The position numbers were made by a program, and so were the translations under genes. The notes beneath the pieces are model-generated. The model worked only from the letters and a program-made list of their open reading frames with translations, was not told where the DNA came from and ran no database searches. Shown here piece by piece: positions 17,459-25,723 of a stretch of DNA of 30,250 nt (position 1 is its first letter; each line of letters starts with the position of its first letter). The DNA is from a virus (Duplodnaviria; Caudoviricetes): positions 1 through 30,250 of the IMG/VR virus record IMGVR_UViG_3300026511_000017; one strand, given 5' to 3'.

Positions 17459-17516
17459 AAAAAGAGAGGGGTTGGGACTCGGTAACCCTGCACGTATCAC
17501 TACGCTTGACCCCTCT
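17459..17516 (-). terminator. Branched GC-rich structured RNA followed by a U-tract (terminator/attenuator candidate)
   Basis: Minus strand AGAGGGGU...ACCCCUCU (8-bp perfect outer stem) enclosing GCGUA-GUGA-UACGU and GGG-UUACCGAGU-CCC, followed by CUUUUU. Confidence 0.6.
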
Positions 17517-17524
17517 ATTTTAAG

Positions 17525-18661
17525 TTATGCTACCATTACAAGTCTCTCTTGTACGATATTAGCTTTTTCTGCCAATTGAGCAGAAGTGCTATACTGTCCT
17601 ATTTCAGCTAATTGCTCTTCTAAAGACTCAGATTCCCAAGTTTTATAGTCGTGCTCAAAATAAGGAGTTGTAATTGTCATATCATTAGCTAGATCTACAA
17701 TACCATATGCATAGTACTCACAACATCTCATTTTCATATAAGAATAGTCTGATGGTACAGCAACAATGTTCATTGGGTTAACTAACGTTGCTAAGAAAAC
17801 AGTGTCTCCACCACTACCACCAAATCCTTTTACATATCCTGGGGCACCTACGTGCAAACCACTAGAACATGTATTGTTAGGATTACTATCACAAGAGCTT
17901 CTAGGCATAGATACAGGAGAACCCAAACGAATTTGTGTACTACCACCATGCCAGTCAGTAAACTCTGGAGCATCTACATCACCTCCTAGATCATTCATGC
18001 TATTAAACATTTCATCTAGATTACCAGCAACGTGCTGAGGAGCTATAAAATTACCATTGCTATCTGCTACAACTTCTGTTTTAACAATAGAGAATTTACC
18101 ATCAATGTCCATAACTGTGTAGTCTTTAGGATCTTCTCCCGAAGCTTTCATCTGTATGTACTCTTTAGGCACCCACATGTTTACTGCTTTGTAGGTCTTG
18201 TCTGTCTTTTTAACAGATTTATATGCTACAAAATATCCTGAGTCTGTAATAGGGAATTCGTATTGATCCATAAAAGAATACAAATCACGTTTTACATGTT
18301 CTGCAGGATTCAACATTAATAACTTCCAGAAATTTACTAGTGGTGTTATAGGATGTCCTTCGTCTAAGAATGATTTCATCTTAGTAAGAAGCTTGGTAGG
18401 TAGGGGCTCGCTGAACCCCTTTAAATACCAGTTACCAAGACTGTCTTTTACAAGATCTTGGTTATTATAAACTCTAGACACCGGGTCAAATTTCTCAATC
18501 AACTCTCTAACTAAATTATCTTTAGGATTTAGAGCAACTGTTTTAACCTGTTCGTATAGGGTTTGTGCTTCTTCTTTTGTGCTAGCTGTTTTATAAAAAC
18601 TGCTACCATTAACTAACGCTGTAACGTCTTTGTTACTTCTAATTGCAAATACTTGATTCAT
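17525..18661 (-). CDS. rIIB: rIIB-like protein
   Basis: LVNFWKLLMLNP, DLYSFM...PITDSGYFVAYKSV, CDSNPNNTCSSGLHVG and VNPMNIVAVPSDY...KMRCCEY are rIIB-type motifs; directly downstream of rIIA. Start at 18661 (MNQVF) is preferred over 18742, which would overlap rIIA by 104 nt. Confidence 0.85.
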   Translation of the reverse strand: MNQVFAIRSNKDVTALVNGSSFYKTASTKEEAQTLYEQVKTVALNPKDNLVRELIEKFDPVSRVYNNQDLVKDSLGNWYLKGFSEPLPTKLLTKMKSFLDEGHPITPLVNFWKLLMLNPAEHVKRDLYSFMDQYEFPITDSGYFVAYKSVKKTDKTYKAVNMWVPKEYIQMKASGEDPKDYTVMDIDGKFSIVKTEVVADSNGNFIAPQHVAGNLDEMFNSMNDLGGDVDAPEFTDWHGGSTQIRLGSPVSMPRSSCDSNPNNTCSSGLHVGAPGYVKGFGGSGGDTVFLATLVNPMNIVAVPSDYSYMKMRCCEYYAYGIVDLANDMTITTPYFEHDYKTWESESLEEQLAEIGQYSTSAQLAEKANIVQERLVMVA

Positions 18662-20921
18662 TGAAATAGTTTTTAATTTTAAAATTGTTTTTTGTATAAA
18701 ACTGTGGAATAATGTTTTTAATAATATTCTCAGCTTTGTCATCTCTGGTAGTATTTATAGTTAAGAAATACTTTTCTAAAAACACTAGTTTGTTAGCTTG
18801 ATCTTTAAGAAAATCTAAAAGCCCATCCATATAATAACCACCCTGTTTACCATATGCCGTAGCATTAGTGTCAGTCATGGCTATGTTGTAATGATTAAAC
18901 AGCTTAGTTACGTTTTCTACACGTTGATCAGTTCTATTTTGTGTAGCTACATCCGTAATAATGGTTGCAAAATCAGTACGATACTTTCTAGGAATAGGAG
19001 ATACATTAGATGCTTCTCCTAATAAAACAGGATGCTTATTAACAAGACCGTGTAAATACTCTATGTTTTTAGTACACATAAGATAGTTATAGTTCTTTAC
19101 TAAAAATTCTTTAATAGTAAGAGCACCTATTTGCTTGTACCACTTCAAGTGAGACTTAGCAATTTTATGCACTTGTATTCTAGAATCATTGTAAAGAGGT
19201 CCATAAACAGCTCTACCTAACCTATTTTTACCTGAGTTATACTTACTGTTGTATAAAACAAGACCTAGTCGTTTAAGCTGCTCCTCTTCTTCTGAAGAAG
19301 CATAAACAATACTAACACCTTGGTTAACTAGTTTAGTTAAATCTTTGTAGTATGCTTCTGTTTTATAAAATCTAACGTACTCAAACTTCCTGTCATAGTC
19401 ATTATACCACTTTAGTTGTCTAGCACATACTAAATCTCTAGGAGGTTTAGCTTTAGCTATTGCTTTTACAGAAGGTTTAAAAGTATCTGGAACAACAAGA
19501 TTATCATAGCTTTTTGTATTGTCTATAATATATCTTAACAGCAAAGGCTTCAGCTTTTCTAACATTGTTACTTTACTTTGTTGCATACTGTTCTTCCAAG
19601 TCTCATCTTCTTGTAATTCTAGACAAATAAAAGTATTTGACCCTACCAGTGACTCTATGTACTCACTCTTAATACTGCTTAACTTACCTCTCTTTCTATA
19701 AAAGTTTGTAATAGCTTTTCTAGAAAAATAATGAGATGCAGTATTACTGTACTTTTTAGTATTACGTTTACCATCAGTAACAGCATATCCTTTAAATATA
19801 AAATCAATGTCTGAAGGATTAACTGACATACCCCACGGAGCAAACTCTGGTCTATCTGAACCAGCTATACAAAAGTCTATACTAATACTTTCTTCTTTTG
19901 TAACCGGTATTTTAGGAACTCCTCTGCTTTCTTCACATAGATCTATGTAACGTTTAAAGTCTGTCTCTTCTTTCCAAGATTTATAATAAAGCTCTCTTAG
20001 CTCTTCTTTAGCTTCTCTATACTTTGTTTTAATAGCGGCTATAGTTCTATCGTTGTATTCTATAGATTCTCTAGACATAGTAACGTCTATATCACCTACA
20101 TCAAACTTCAAAGCTACAGTAGTCTGTGAGTATGTATCTAAATAATCTTCATCAGCACCGTATCTACCAAGACCTACTTGATCTGCGTCAAGAGGATAAC
20201 TCACACCTCCTAAACATATAGAGATCTTAAAATCTGTATATCCAGTACTACCAGTTGCTATCCAGCTTTTACCAGACATTACTTTGTAGTTGTTGTTTAT
20301 ACCCATACCTCTATAAGAGATGTTATCAAAGAAACGTAGCTGTCTTTTACACTCTGTAATAAACTTGTCTTCGTCTCCTGTTCTAACCGGTAGTATAACT
20401 TCAGTACCATTTCTAGTATCAGTTACACTGCTAGTCAACAACTCTATTCTAGGAACTTGTTCACCTCTATGTACTATATAATGGTATTCTATTCCATCGT
20501 ATATAGTTTTTACCTCAAAAGCGTCTGTATAAGCCAAAGGACTCTTTGCACCTATACCAAAACCACCTATCTCATTGTTAGATCCTCTTTTTGTAGAAGA
20601 GAAATACTTTGAATAAATGTTTTTGATTCTATCAGGACTTAATCCTACACCTACATCTTTAAAACAGATTTTACCTGATTTACCTGTAAGAGGGTCCGCT
20701 TTTGATAATAATATTACTACATCGTCTTTGATGTTAGCTTCTCTGTGAGAATCAAAACAGTTAGAAGTTACTTCTCTAACTATAGATCCTATTTTATTGG
20801 AATATAAAGTATCAGAGAAACCTCTAAACAATATACCAATATTACTACTATCTATACCAAAATCTATTGATTCTGATATAGTACCTACATGCTGTATGTC
20901 TGCATTGCTTACTATTTTCAT
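18639..20921 (-). CDS. rIIA: rIIA-like protein with N-terminal GHKL/Hsp90-type ATPase
   Basis: LYSNKIGSIVREVTSNCFDSH, DVGVGLS, FSSTKRGSNNEIGGFGIGAKSPLAYTD, NGTEV and GDIDVTMSRESIEY; paired with rIIB. Confidence 0.88.
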   Translation of the reverse strand: MKIVSNADIQHVGTISESIDFGIDSSNIGILFRGFSDTLYSNKIGSIVREVTSNCFDSHREANIKDDVVILLSKADPLTGKSGKICFKDVGVGLSPDRIKNIYSKYFSSTKRGSNNEIGGFGIGAKSPLAYTDAFEVKTIYDGIEYHYIVHRGEQVPRIELLTSSVTDTRNGTEVILPVRTGDEDKFITECKRQLRFFDNISYRGMGINNNYKVMSGKSWIATGSTGYTDFKISICLGGVSYPLDADQVGLGRYGADEDYLDTYSQTTVALKFDVGDIDVTMSRESIEYNDRTIAAIKTKYREAKEELRELYYKSWKEETDFKRYIDLCEESRGVPKIPVTKEESISIDFCIAGSDRPEFAPWGMSVNPSDIDFIFKGYAVTDGKRNTKKYSNTASHYFSRKAITNFYRKRGKLSSIKSEYIESLVGSNTFICLELQEDETWKNSMQQSKVTMLEKLKPLLLRYIIDNTKSYDNLVVPDTFKPSVKAIAKAKPPRDLVCARQLKWYNDYDRKFEYVRFYKTEAYYKDLTKLVNQGVSIVYASSEEEEQLKRLGLVLYNSKYNSGKNRLGRAVYGPLYNDSRIQVHKIAKSHLKWYKQIGALTIKEFLVKNYNYLMCTKNIEYLHGLVNKHPVLLGEASNVSPIPRKYRTDFATIITDVATQNRTDQRVENVTKLFNHYNIAMTDTNATAYGKQGGYYMDGLLDFLKDQANKLVFLEKYFLTINTTRDDKAENIIKNIIPQFYTKNNFKIKNYFNESSICN

Positions 20922-20932
20922 AAATTATTGTT

Positions 20933-21163
20933 TTATTTATATCTGACTGTGTTACTTCCTACTAATACAAACTCTTGCCCACAACTTTCACACACACCTT
21001 CTTTAGATGTGTAGTTTATTTTTATACGTCCTTGAAAACAGTTAGGACATTGTACATGCGGACTTTGATCACTACAAAACATTGGTTCTTCCATTGGAGG
21101 TTGATTAATGTGTTCGTGTTCCCAGTCTATATTATTAAGATAGTACTCTTTCATTCTTCCCAT
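20933..21163 (-). CDS. Small zinc-ribbon protein
   Basis: CPNC...CESCGQEF; A-rich start context; fills the gap between ninB-like and rIIA. Confidence 0.7.
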   Translation of the reverse strand: MGRMKEYYLNNIDWEHEHINQPPMEEPMFCSDQSPHVQCPNCFQGRIKINYTSKEGVCESCGQEFVLVGSNTVRYK

Positions 21164-21173
21164 GATTATTGAT

Positions 21174-21647
21174 TTATTTGATTTCTATGTTTGTGCTAAT
21201 AGGAGTATTTGGATCAGGTATGTCTATGTCTAAACTTTCTACTGCCCAATTTCTCACATTTTCTAAGTATATAACAAACTCATCCGTAGATAACTCCGTG
21301 GTTGATTTTGCTACAGTTCCGATTACTACACCGGTATCTTTCACAATCCAATCATCTCTTAGAAAGTTTTCTCTAAGAAAAGTATGTACATCGTCTCTAG
21401 TTATAGGACTGCTTACATTGTCTTGTTGAATATCTGTACGTGTATAGCCTAGCTCTTTAAATCGTTCTTTAATAAGATAAACTACAACACCCCAATAATA
21501 TCTGTTTTGTGGATTGCTTCTTGTTTTGGTTTTCTTGATCGTAATCTCTACATCTTTATCATGTAGTTTATTAAGATCATCATTAACCATAATAGGATCG
21601 TCTGGTACTATTCTACCATTACTTACCTTTCCTGTAAAATGTATCAT
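21174..21647 (-). CDS. NinB/Orf-like recombination mediator protein
   Basis: RSNPQNRYYWGVV...DVHTFLR..FL...KSTTELSTDEFVIYLENV..WA....I.IPDP pattern of NinB-like proteins; adjacent to rusA. Confidence 0.65.
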   Translation of the reverse strand: MIHFTGKVSNGRIVPDDPIMVNDDLNKLHDKDVEITIKKTKTRSNPQNRYYWGVVVYLIKERFKELGYTRTDIQQDNVSSPITRDDVHTFLRENFLRDDWIVKDTGVVIGTVAKSTTELSTDEFVIYLENVRNWAVESLDIDIPDPNTPISTNIEIK

Positions 21648-22221
21648 AAAATTTATTTTTAAGTATTTCTACACGGGTTTCTGTTCTTATATGAAATATA
21701 AGTTTTCTTTCTTCTTCTGTATCTACAGGAAAGAAACGAGGTGCACTAGCTTGTGTTATATATTTAATATCATCATCAGGTATTATACCTAACTTTACTA
21801 TTAAATCTTGAAAACATTTACCGTACAACCATTGATTGTCTAAATCCCAATTAGCTTGTCTAGTTGTGTCATAGAAGTCTAATGATATAGTTACTGGCAG
21901 TTTTTTGATAGGCTTTACATTTTTGACGTAAGGCATATAACTATCTTTTACTGCGTTTACTATTTTACTCCTCATATGAGGGCTCATACGAGCATTATAC
22001 AGCTGTTGACCGTTTATTGTAAGATATCTAGCTGTACCTATAGTTCTAGGGTTAGCTACAACATGATCACCATCGCTGTTAATCATCCGCCCTTTCTTAT
22101 CAAACTTATTGTTAGCATACTTTTTAGGTATTTTACCTCCTTTTTTGTAATACTTAATTCTACGAGCCTTAGCTACCATCACTTTCTTGATGAACTGTGG
22201 TATTTCTATTGATGTTGTCAT
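21619..22221 (-). CDS. rusA: RusA-like Holliday junction resolvase with basic N-terminal extension
   Basis: PVTISLDFY...WDLDNQWLYGKCFQDLIVKLGIIPDDD matches RusA DxDN...K...D.L...G...DD. Confidence 0.8.
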   Translation of the reverse strand: MTTSIEIPQFIKKVMVAKARRIKYYKKGGKIPKKYANNKFDKKGRMINSDGDHVVANPRTIGTARYLTINGQQLYNARMSPHMRSKIVNAVKDSYMPYVKNVKPIKKLPVTISLDFYDTTRQANWDLDNQWLYGKCFQDLIVKLGIIPDDDIKYITQASAPRFFPVDTEEERKLIFHIRTETRVEILKNKFYDTFYRKGK

Positions 22222-22232
22222 ATTTTTAGCTT

Positions 22233-22343
22233 TTATTCAAATGGGTTATTATCCCAATCCTCTGGGAATATTTTCTTTGCTACTTCTTTACTTACTATCA
22301 TTACTACTATAGCTATTGCTAGCCAACCGATTGCTTCTATCAT
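22233..22343 (-). CDS. 36-aa single-pass membrane peptide (not in ORF track)
   Basis: MIEAIGWLAIAIVVMIVSKEVAKKIFPEDWDNNPFE*: hydrophobic N-terminal helix, fills the primase-rusA gap and overlaps the low-complexity primase tail. Confidence 0.65.
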   Translation of the reverse strand: MIEAIGWLAIAIVVMIVSKEVAKKIFPEDWDNNPFE

Positions 22344-23313
22344 ATTTGCACTGATTAATTAATTTTAATGTTTCTGTAGTACCGTTAATTTCTATATAAT
22401 CTGATATATCTTTAGCACCATAATTTATAGTACCAAACCTACCATCAGTTAAGAATAAAGGTTGAATATTATAACGCTTAAGTAAGGTATTAGCCATTTT
22501 AACACCTGTTAAATCAAAATCCATAAAGGAATAAATATTTGTAAATCGTCTAGAAATTTCTGTCATTATACCATCATCAGGTATAACTGCTTCTGAAGCC
22601 GGAGCTGCAGATACAACACCAAGTTGTCTTAGTGCCATAACATCTTTCATAGACTTTGTAATTACAATGTGATCACCAAATTCAGGTAGTTGTTCTAGAC
22701 CTTGCCAGCTATTATAATTAGATAGCCATCTAAACGCATTACGCTGAGGCATATAAATCTTATATTTACCAGGACCAAATCTATACGCATATGCAATATC
22801 ATTTTTACGTCTTGTGTAGACTACCTTAGAATTATAAAACACAATTTCACAAGGGTATACATTATAAAGAGTTAGAATTGACTTGTTAATTCCATACTTA
22901 GACCAGAATTCTCTGTCATACTGATCCCAAGGTCTAATTTTGATTTCTATTTTAGACTCCTTTGGTTCTAGTTTTTCTGGTTTGTATTCTATTTTAACAA
23001 CTGTTGCATTGACACTTCCGTTAGTAAGACCAAAATCTATAGCACACTTTTCTAGTGCTTTTGCGTACGTGATTCCGTACTTATACTGTATGATTCTAAT
23101 CCAGTCGCCAGAAAAGCCTTGTGCCCAATCTTTAAAGTAAATAGTCCCGTTGATCATTTTAAATGAACAAGAAGGATTATTATCTCTACGCAGAGGTGAC
23201 TTTACTTTTGTGTTAACATCAACTTTAACCCCTAAATAATACTCTAGTATCTGTGCTTGGTCTAAATGCTTCAGTATGTATTCTTTCGTTATTACTGGGT
23301 TTAAATTGTACAT
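22288..23313 (-). CDS. DnaG-like (TOPRIM) DNA primase, crAss-like type
   Basis: N-terminal SPLRRDNNPSCSF...FKDW..G.SGD (degenerate CHC2 region), TOPRIM region VITKSMKDVMAL...FMDFDLTG and C-terminal AKDISD. Confidence 0.85.
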   Translation of the reverse strand: MYNLNPVITKEYILKHLDQAQILEYYLGVKVDVNTKVKSPLRRDNNPSCSFKMINGTIYFKDWAQGFSGDWIRIIQYKYGITYAKALEKCAIDFGLTNGSVNATVVKIEYKPEKLEPKESKIEIKIRPWDQYDREFWSKYGINKSILTLYNVYPCEIVFYNSKVVYTRRKNDIAYAYRFGPGKYKIYMPQRNAFRWLSNYNSWQGLEQLPEFGDHIVITKSMKDVMALRQLGVVSAAPASEAVIPDDGIMTEISRRFTNIYSFMDFDLTGVKMANTLLKRYNIQPLFLTDGRFGTINYGAKDISDYIEINGTTETLKLINQCKYDRSNRLASNSYSSNDSK

Positions 23314-23331
23314 TTACTATAGTTTAGAGAC

Positions 23332-23355
23332 AAAAAAGGAGGCACGAAGCCTCCT
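23332..23355 (-). terminator. Intrinsic terminator downstream of the SSB-like gene
   Basis: Minus strand AGGAGGC-UUCGU-GCCUCCU followed by UUUUU. Confidence 0.9.
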
Positions 23356-23378
23356 GTAATGTCTGATTAATGTTTAGA

Positions 23379-24005
23379 TTACCAGCTGTCTCCTGCTGTA
23401 GAGTTGTTCGTATTCGAACTAATTTCTGCCTCATTAGTAGGCTGTGCTGCTGTGATGTTATCTCTATACCCTACAACTAGCTGTTGCGAAGAGTCTTGAG
23501 GTAAACAAAACGGTTGTACAGGACGTGAAGGAAATTGTAAATACTTACCTTGCTTGTCATACACACACTTAATCTTGAATTTGTGTCCTTCATAAGAGTT
23601 ACCAATAAGATCGATAACATTCTTACCTAAATCATTCCAAGACGTACCACCAATAGCTACACGATCTTTAGGAATAAAAGCAGATAATATGTGATGTAAT
23701 ACCTCACCTGTATTTCTAATTAAATCTGCATGTAGTTGTTCAGGAGTAGAAGACCAGCTTCTTCCTGCAGAGGCAGCGTTTTTAGAAGACTCTTGTAGTC
23801 TTTCCAAGCTTGTAACTTCCATCTGTGTATGTGTAAATTTAGCTCCTTCTTCATCTTGAAAATAGAATCTAATAACGTTTCCACCTGTTCCATCTTGTCT
23901 AAGAGTATCGAAAGTAACGTCTACTAGTTTAACGTTTTCATTGATACCTGGGCTCATAAGTTTATAACTTGGAGCACCTGTTTGTGTTTCTTGTAATTGA
24001 TACAT
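23379..24005 (-). CDS. Putative single-stranded DNA-binding protein
   Basis: Directly downstream of the Sak4-like ATPase. Beta-rich N-terminal part and a flexible low-complexity tail ending in an acidic/aromatic tip (GDSW). Has its own putative promoter and terminator, as expected of a highly expressed gene. Function inferred from context. Confidence 0.55.
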   Translation of the reverse strand: MYQLQETQTGAPSYKLMSPGINENVKLVDVTFDTLRQDGTGGNVIRFYFQDEEGAKFTHTQMEVTSLERLQESSKNAASAGRSWSSTPEQLHADLIRNTGEVLHHILSAFIPKDRVAIGGTSWNDLGKNVIDLIGNSYEGHKFKIKCVYDKQGKYLQFPSRPVQPFCLPQDSSQQLVVGYRDNITAAQPTNEAEISSNTNNSTAGDSW

Positions 24006-24048
24006 AATTGATTTTTAAAATTAAATTTGTTTTACTGTTTAGTTAATA

Positions 24049-24072
24049 TAAATATACGAAAAATAGAGCAAA
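24049..24072 (-). promoter_or_regulatory. Putative Bacteroidota sigma70-type promoter of the SSB-like gene
   Basis: Minus strand TTTG-ctctatttttcg-TATATTTA in the intergenic gap. The -7 element is one mismatch from TAnnTTTG; TTTG spacing is shorter than canonical. Confidence 0.45.
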
Positions 24073-24078
24073 TATGCC

Positions 24079-24750
24079 CTATTTAATACTTGTTTTGTAT
24101 ATGTGTTTCCAGTCAAAATTCATAATTTGACCAGCCAAATGAGGTAATCTTGTACCTGCTTCCACTTCGTCTGAAGCTTCGAAAGATATACTAAGAACTC
24201 CTTCATCGTTTCTATATACAAATCCTATTGCGTCGGATTTAGCCATGATATAATTCTTGAGTTTACCTGAAAGATCTAAGCTGCTTACATTGACTTCTAC
24301 TGAGTCTGTACCAATGATTGTTTTCTTACGGTGACCAACGAGAATAATATGCTCACTACATGTTAATAGAGCATCAATAAGCCCCATAACTCTTGTACGC
24401 ACTTGATTGTAGCCATCACCGAAAGGAAGTTTAGCAAAAGAGTCTAAATTATTCTCTCTAGCTATGTCTCTCTCTATCCATGATACTACATTGTCAATTG
24501 TGTCGAGCGCAATATATTTATACTTGTTAGACTCTGCTTTCAGAGCACCAACAAGTTGTTTTAATTCATTAGTAGTACTTACTTCTACCTTTAAGGCATC
24601 GATGTATTTACTACCTCGTTCTGTGTCTATAATAAGACACCCTTCGAGCTTTGACAACATAGTTGTCTTACCTGCTTTTGACTGACCGAATATAGTCAGC
24701 AAGCTAGGATTTACTGTTTTTGATTTTACTACTTGAGTTGGTAATTCCAT
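24079..24750 (-). CDS. Sak4-like / AAA_24 P-loop ATPase (ssDNA annealing recombinase)
   Basis: Walker A GQSKAGKTT, IIDTERGS, Walker B IALDTID, FGDGY, IILVGH and SDAIGF. Likely start is the ATG at 24750 (MELPT) in an aaaaacaattatATG context. Confidence 0.8.
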   Translation of the reverse strand: MELPTQVVKSKTVNPSLLTIFGQSKAGKTTMLSKLEGCLIIDTERGSKYIDALKVEVSTTNELKQLVGALKAESNKYKYIALDTIDNVVSWIERDIARENNLDSFAKLPFGDGYNQVRTRVMGLIDALLTCSEHIILVGHRKKTIIGTDSVEVNVSSLDLSGKLKNYIMAKSDAIGFVYRNDEGVLSISFEASDEVEAGTRLPHLAGQIMNFDWKHIYKTSIK

Positions 24751-24760
24751 ATAATTGTTT

Positions 24761-25723
24761 TTAAAATAAAGTTGAACTGTAATCGTCAAATCTACCGTGA
24801 GATAAATTATTCTTGAGACGCACTAGACCTGCTGTACCTGTTCTGTTCTTTAAACAGTGTAAGGCAACAAGATCAGTAGTAGGAAATCGTTTCTTACCGT
24901 AGTGCTCTATGTTTAATAAAATAGGCTGATGTAATACCATAACTACATCTGCAGCATGATAGATTTGCTTTGAACCATGTATGTCTGTCTTGGTTGGATA
25001 ATGTAATGCAGGGTTAGTTGGATCTCTCCTCTCTTTACTCTCCATCTTGTCATTCATCTGACCAATCAAAATATTACATGTTTGAAACTCTTTTCTGACT
25101 TGTATAAACATTTTACCAAGTTCAGCAAGAGATTGTATTTCGTTTTCACCTGGGTTTGGGGCTACTAACAAGGTATGATCTAACGAGATAACTATTTTAG
25201 AGTCTTTAAACTCCTTGCAAAAATCGTTAATAGTTGCATAAATTCTATCTCTGTTAGAGGGGGTTTCTACATAAAAGACATTCTCATTCTTCATTTTACC
25301 GTACTCACTACGTAAAGACTCTAATTCATCTAAAGATAAAGGGTTGTCAGAGGAGACTAGTTTTCTGTAGTCTACTTTACCTAACTGACTCATCTTACGA
25401 ATCATCTCGTCTTTTGCATGCATCTCGAAAGAGAAATGCAGGACCTTAACATCTTGATTACCTAAATAATTAGATGTAAAGTCAGTGTGCAACATGTTAG
25501 CAAAAAATGATTTACCGTGTCCTGATGCACCACATAACATATAAGTCTGACCAAAATGAAAACCACCAAGTAACATTGTGTTTACTTTTTGCCATCTGGT
25601 AGCTAGAAACGGACGTTGTCCTGTTGCACCTTCATGCAAGAACTGATCTGCTTCTTTAATAGCTTGTTGTGCAGTCTTTATTTGTAGACTAGTAAACTTT
25701 GTCGTTTGGAGATTCAAATCCAT
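24761..25723 (-). CDS. dnaB: DnaB-like replicative helicase (motor domain only)
   Basis: H1 GASGHGKS, H1a FSFEM, H2 ISLDHTLL, H3 IGQMN and H4 DIHGSKQIYHAADVV...LKNRTG. 320 aa, lacking the N-terminal domain. Confidence 0.9.
   Translation of the reverse strand: MDLNLQTTKFTSLQIKTAQQAIKEADQFLHEGATGQRPFLATRWQKVNTMLLGGFHFGQTYMLCGASGHGKSFFANMLHTDFTSNYLGNQDVKVLHFSFEMHAKDEMIRKMSQLGKVDYRKLVSSDNPLSLDELESLRSEYGKMKNENVFYVETPSNRDRIYATINDFCKEFKDSKIVISLDHTLLVAPNPGENEIQSLAELGKMFIQVRKEFQTCNILIGQMNDKMESKERRDPTNPALHYPTKTDIHGSKQIYHAADVVMVLHQPILLNIEHYGKKRFPTTDLVALHCLKNRTGTAGLVRLKNNLSHGRFDDYSSTLF

Noticed and set aside
17459-17516. Functional tRNA gene or preQ1-I riboswitch
   Set aside because: Too short for a tRNA, with no anticodon arm or CCA. 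AGAGG/CCUCU recalls preQ1-I P1, but the loop consensus and 3' A-rich tail are absent. Kept only as an unclassified structured element.
18703-18711. DnaA-box-like TGTGGAATA
   Set aside because: A single mismatched copy inside a CDS; no box cluster or iterons were noticed by eye, so no origin is called.
18662-18742. Longer rIIB start (MTKLRILL...) from the ORF track
   Set aside because: It would overlap rIIA by 104 nt; the ATG at 18661 has an A-rich leader and is more plausible.
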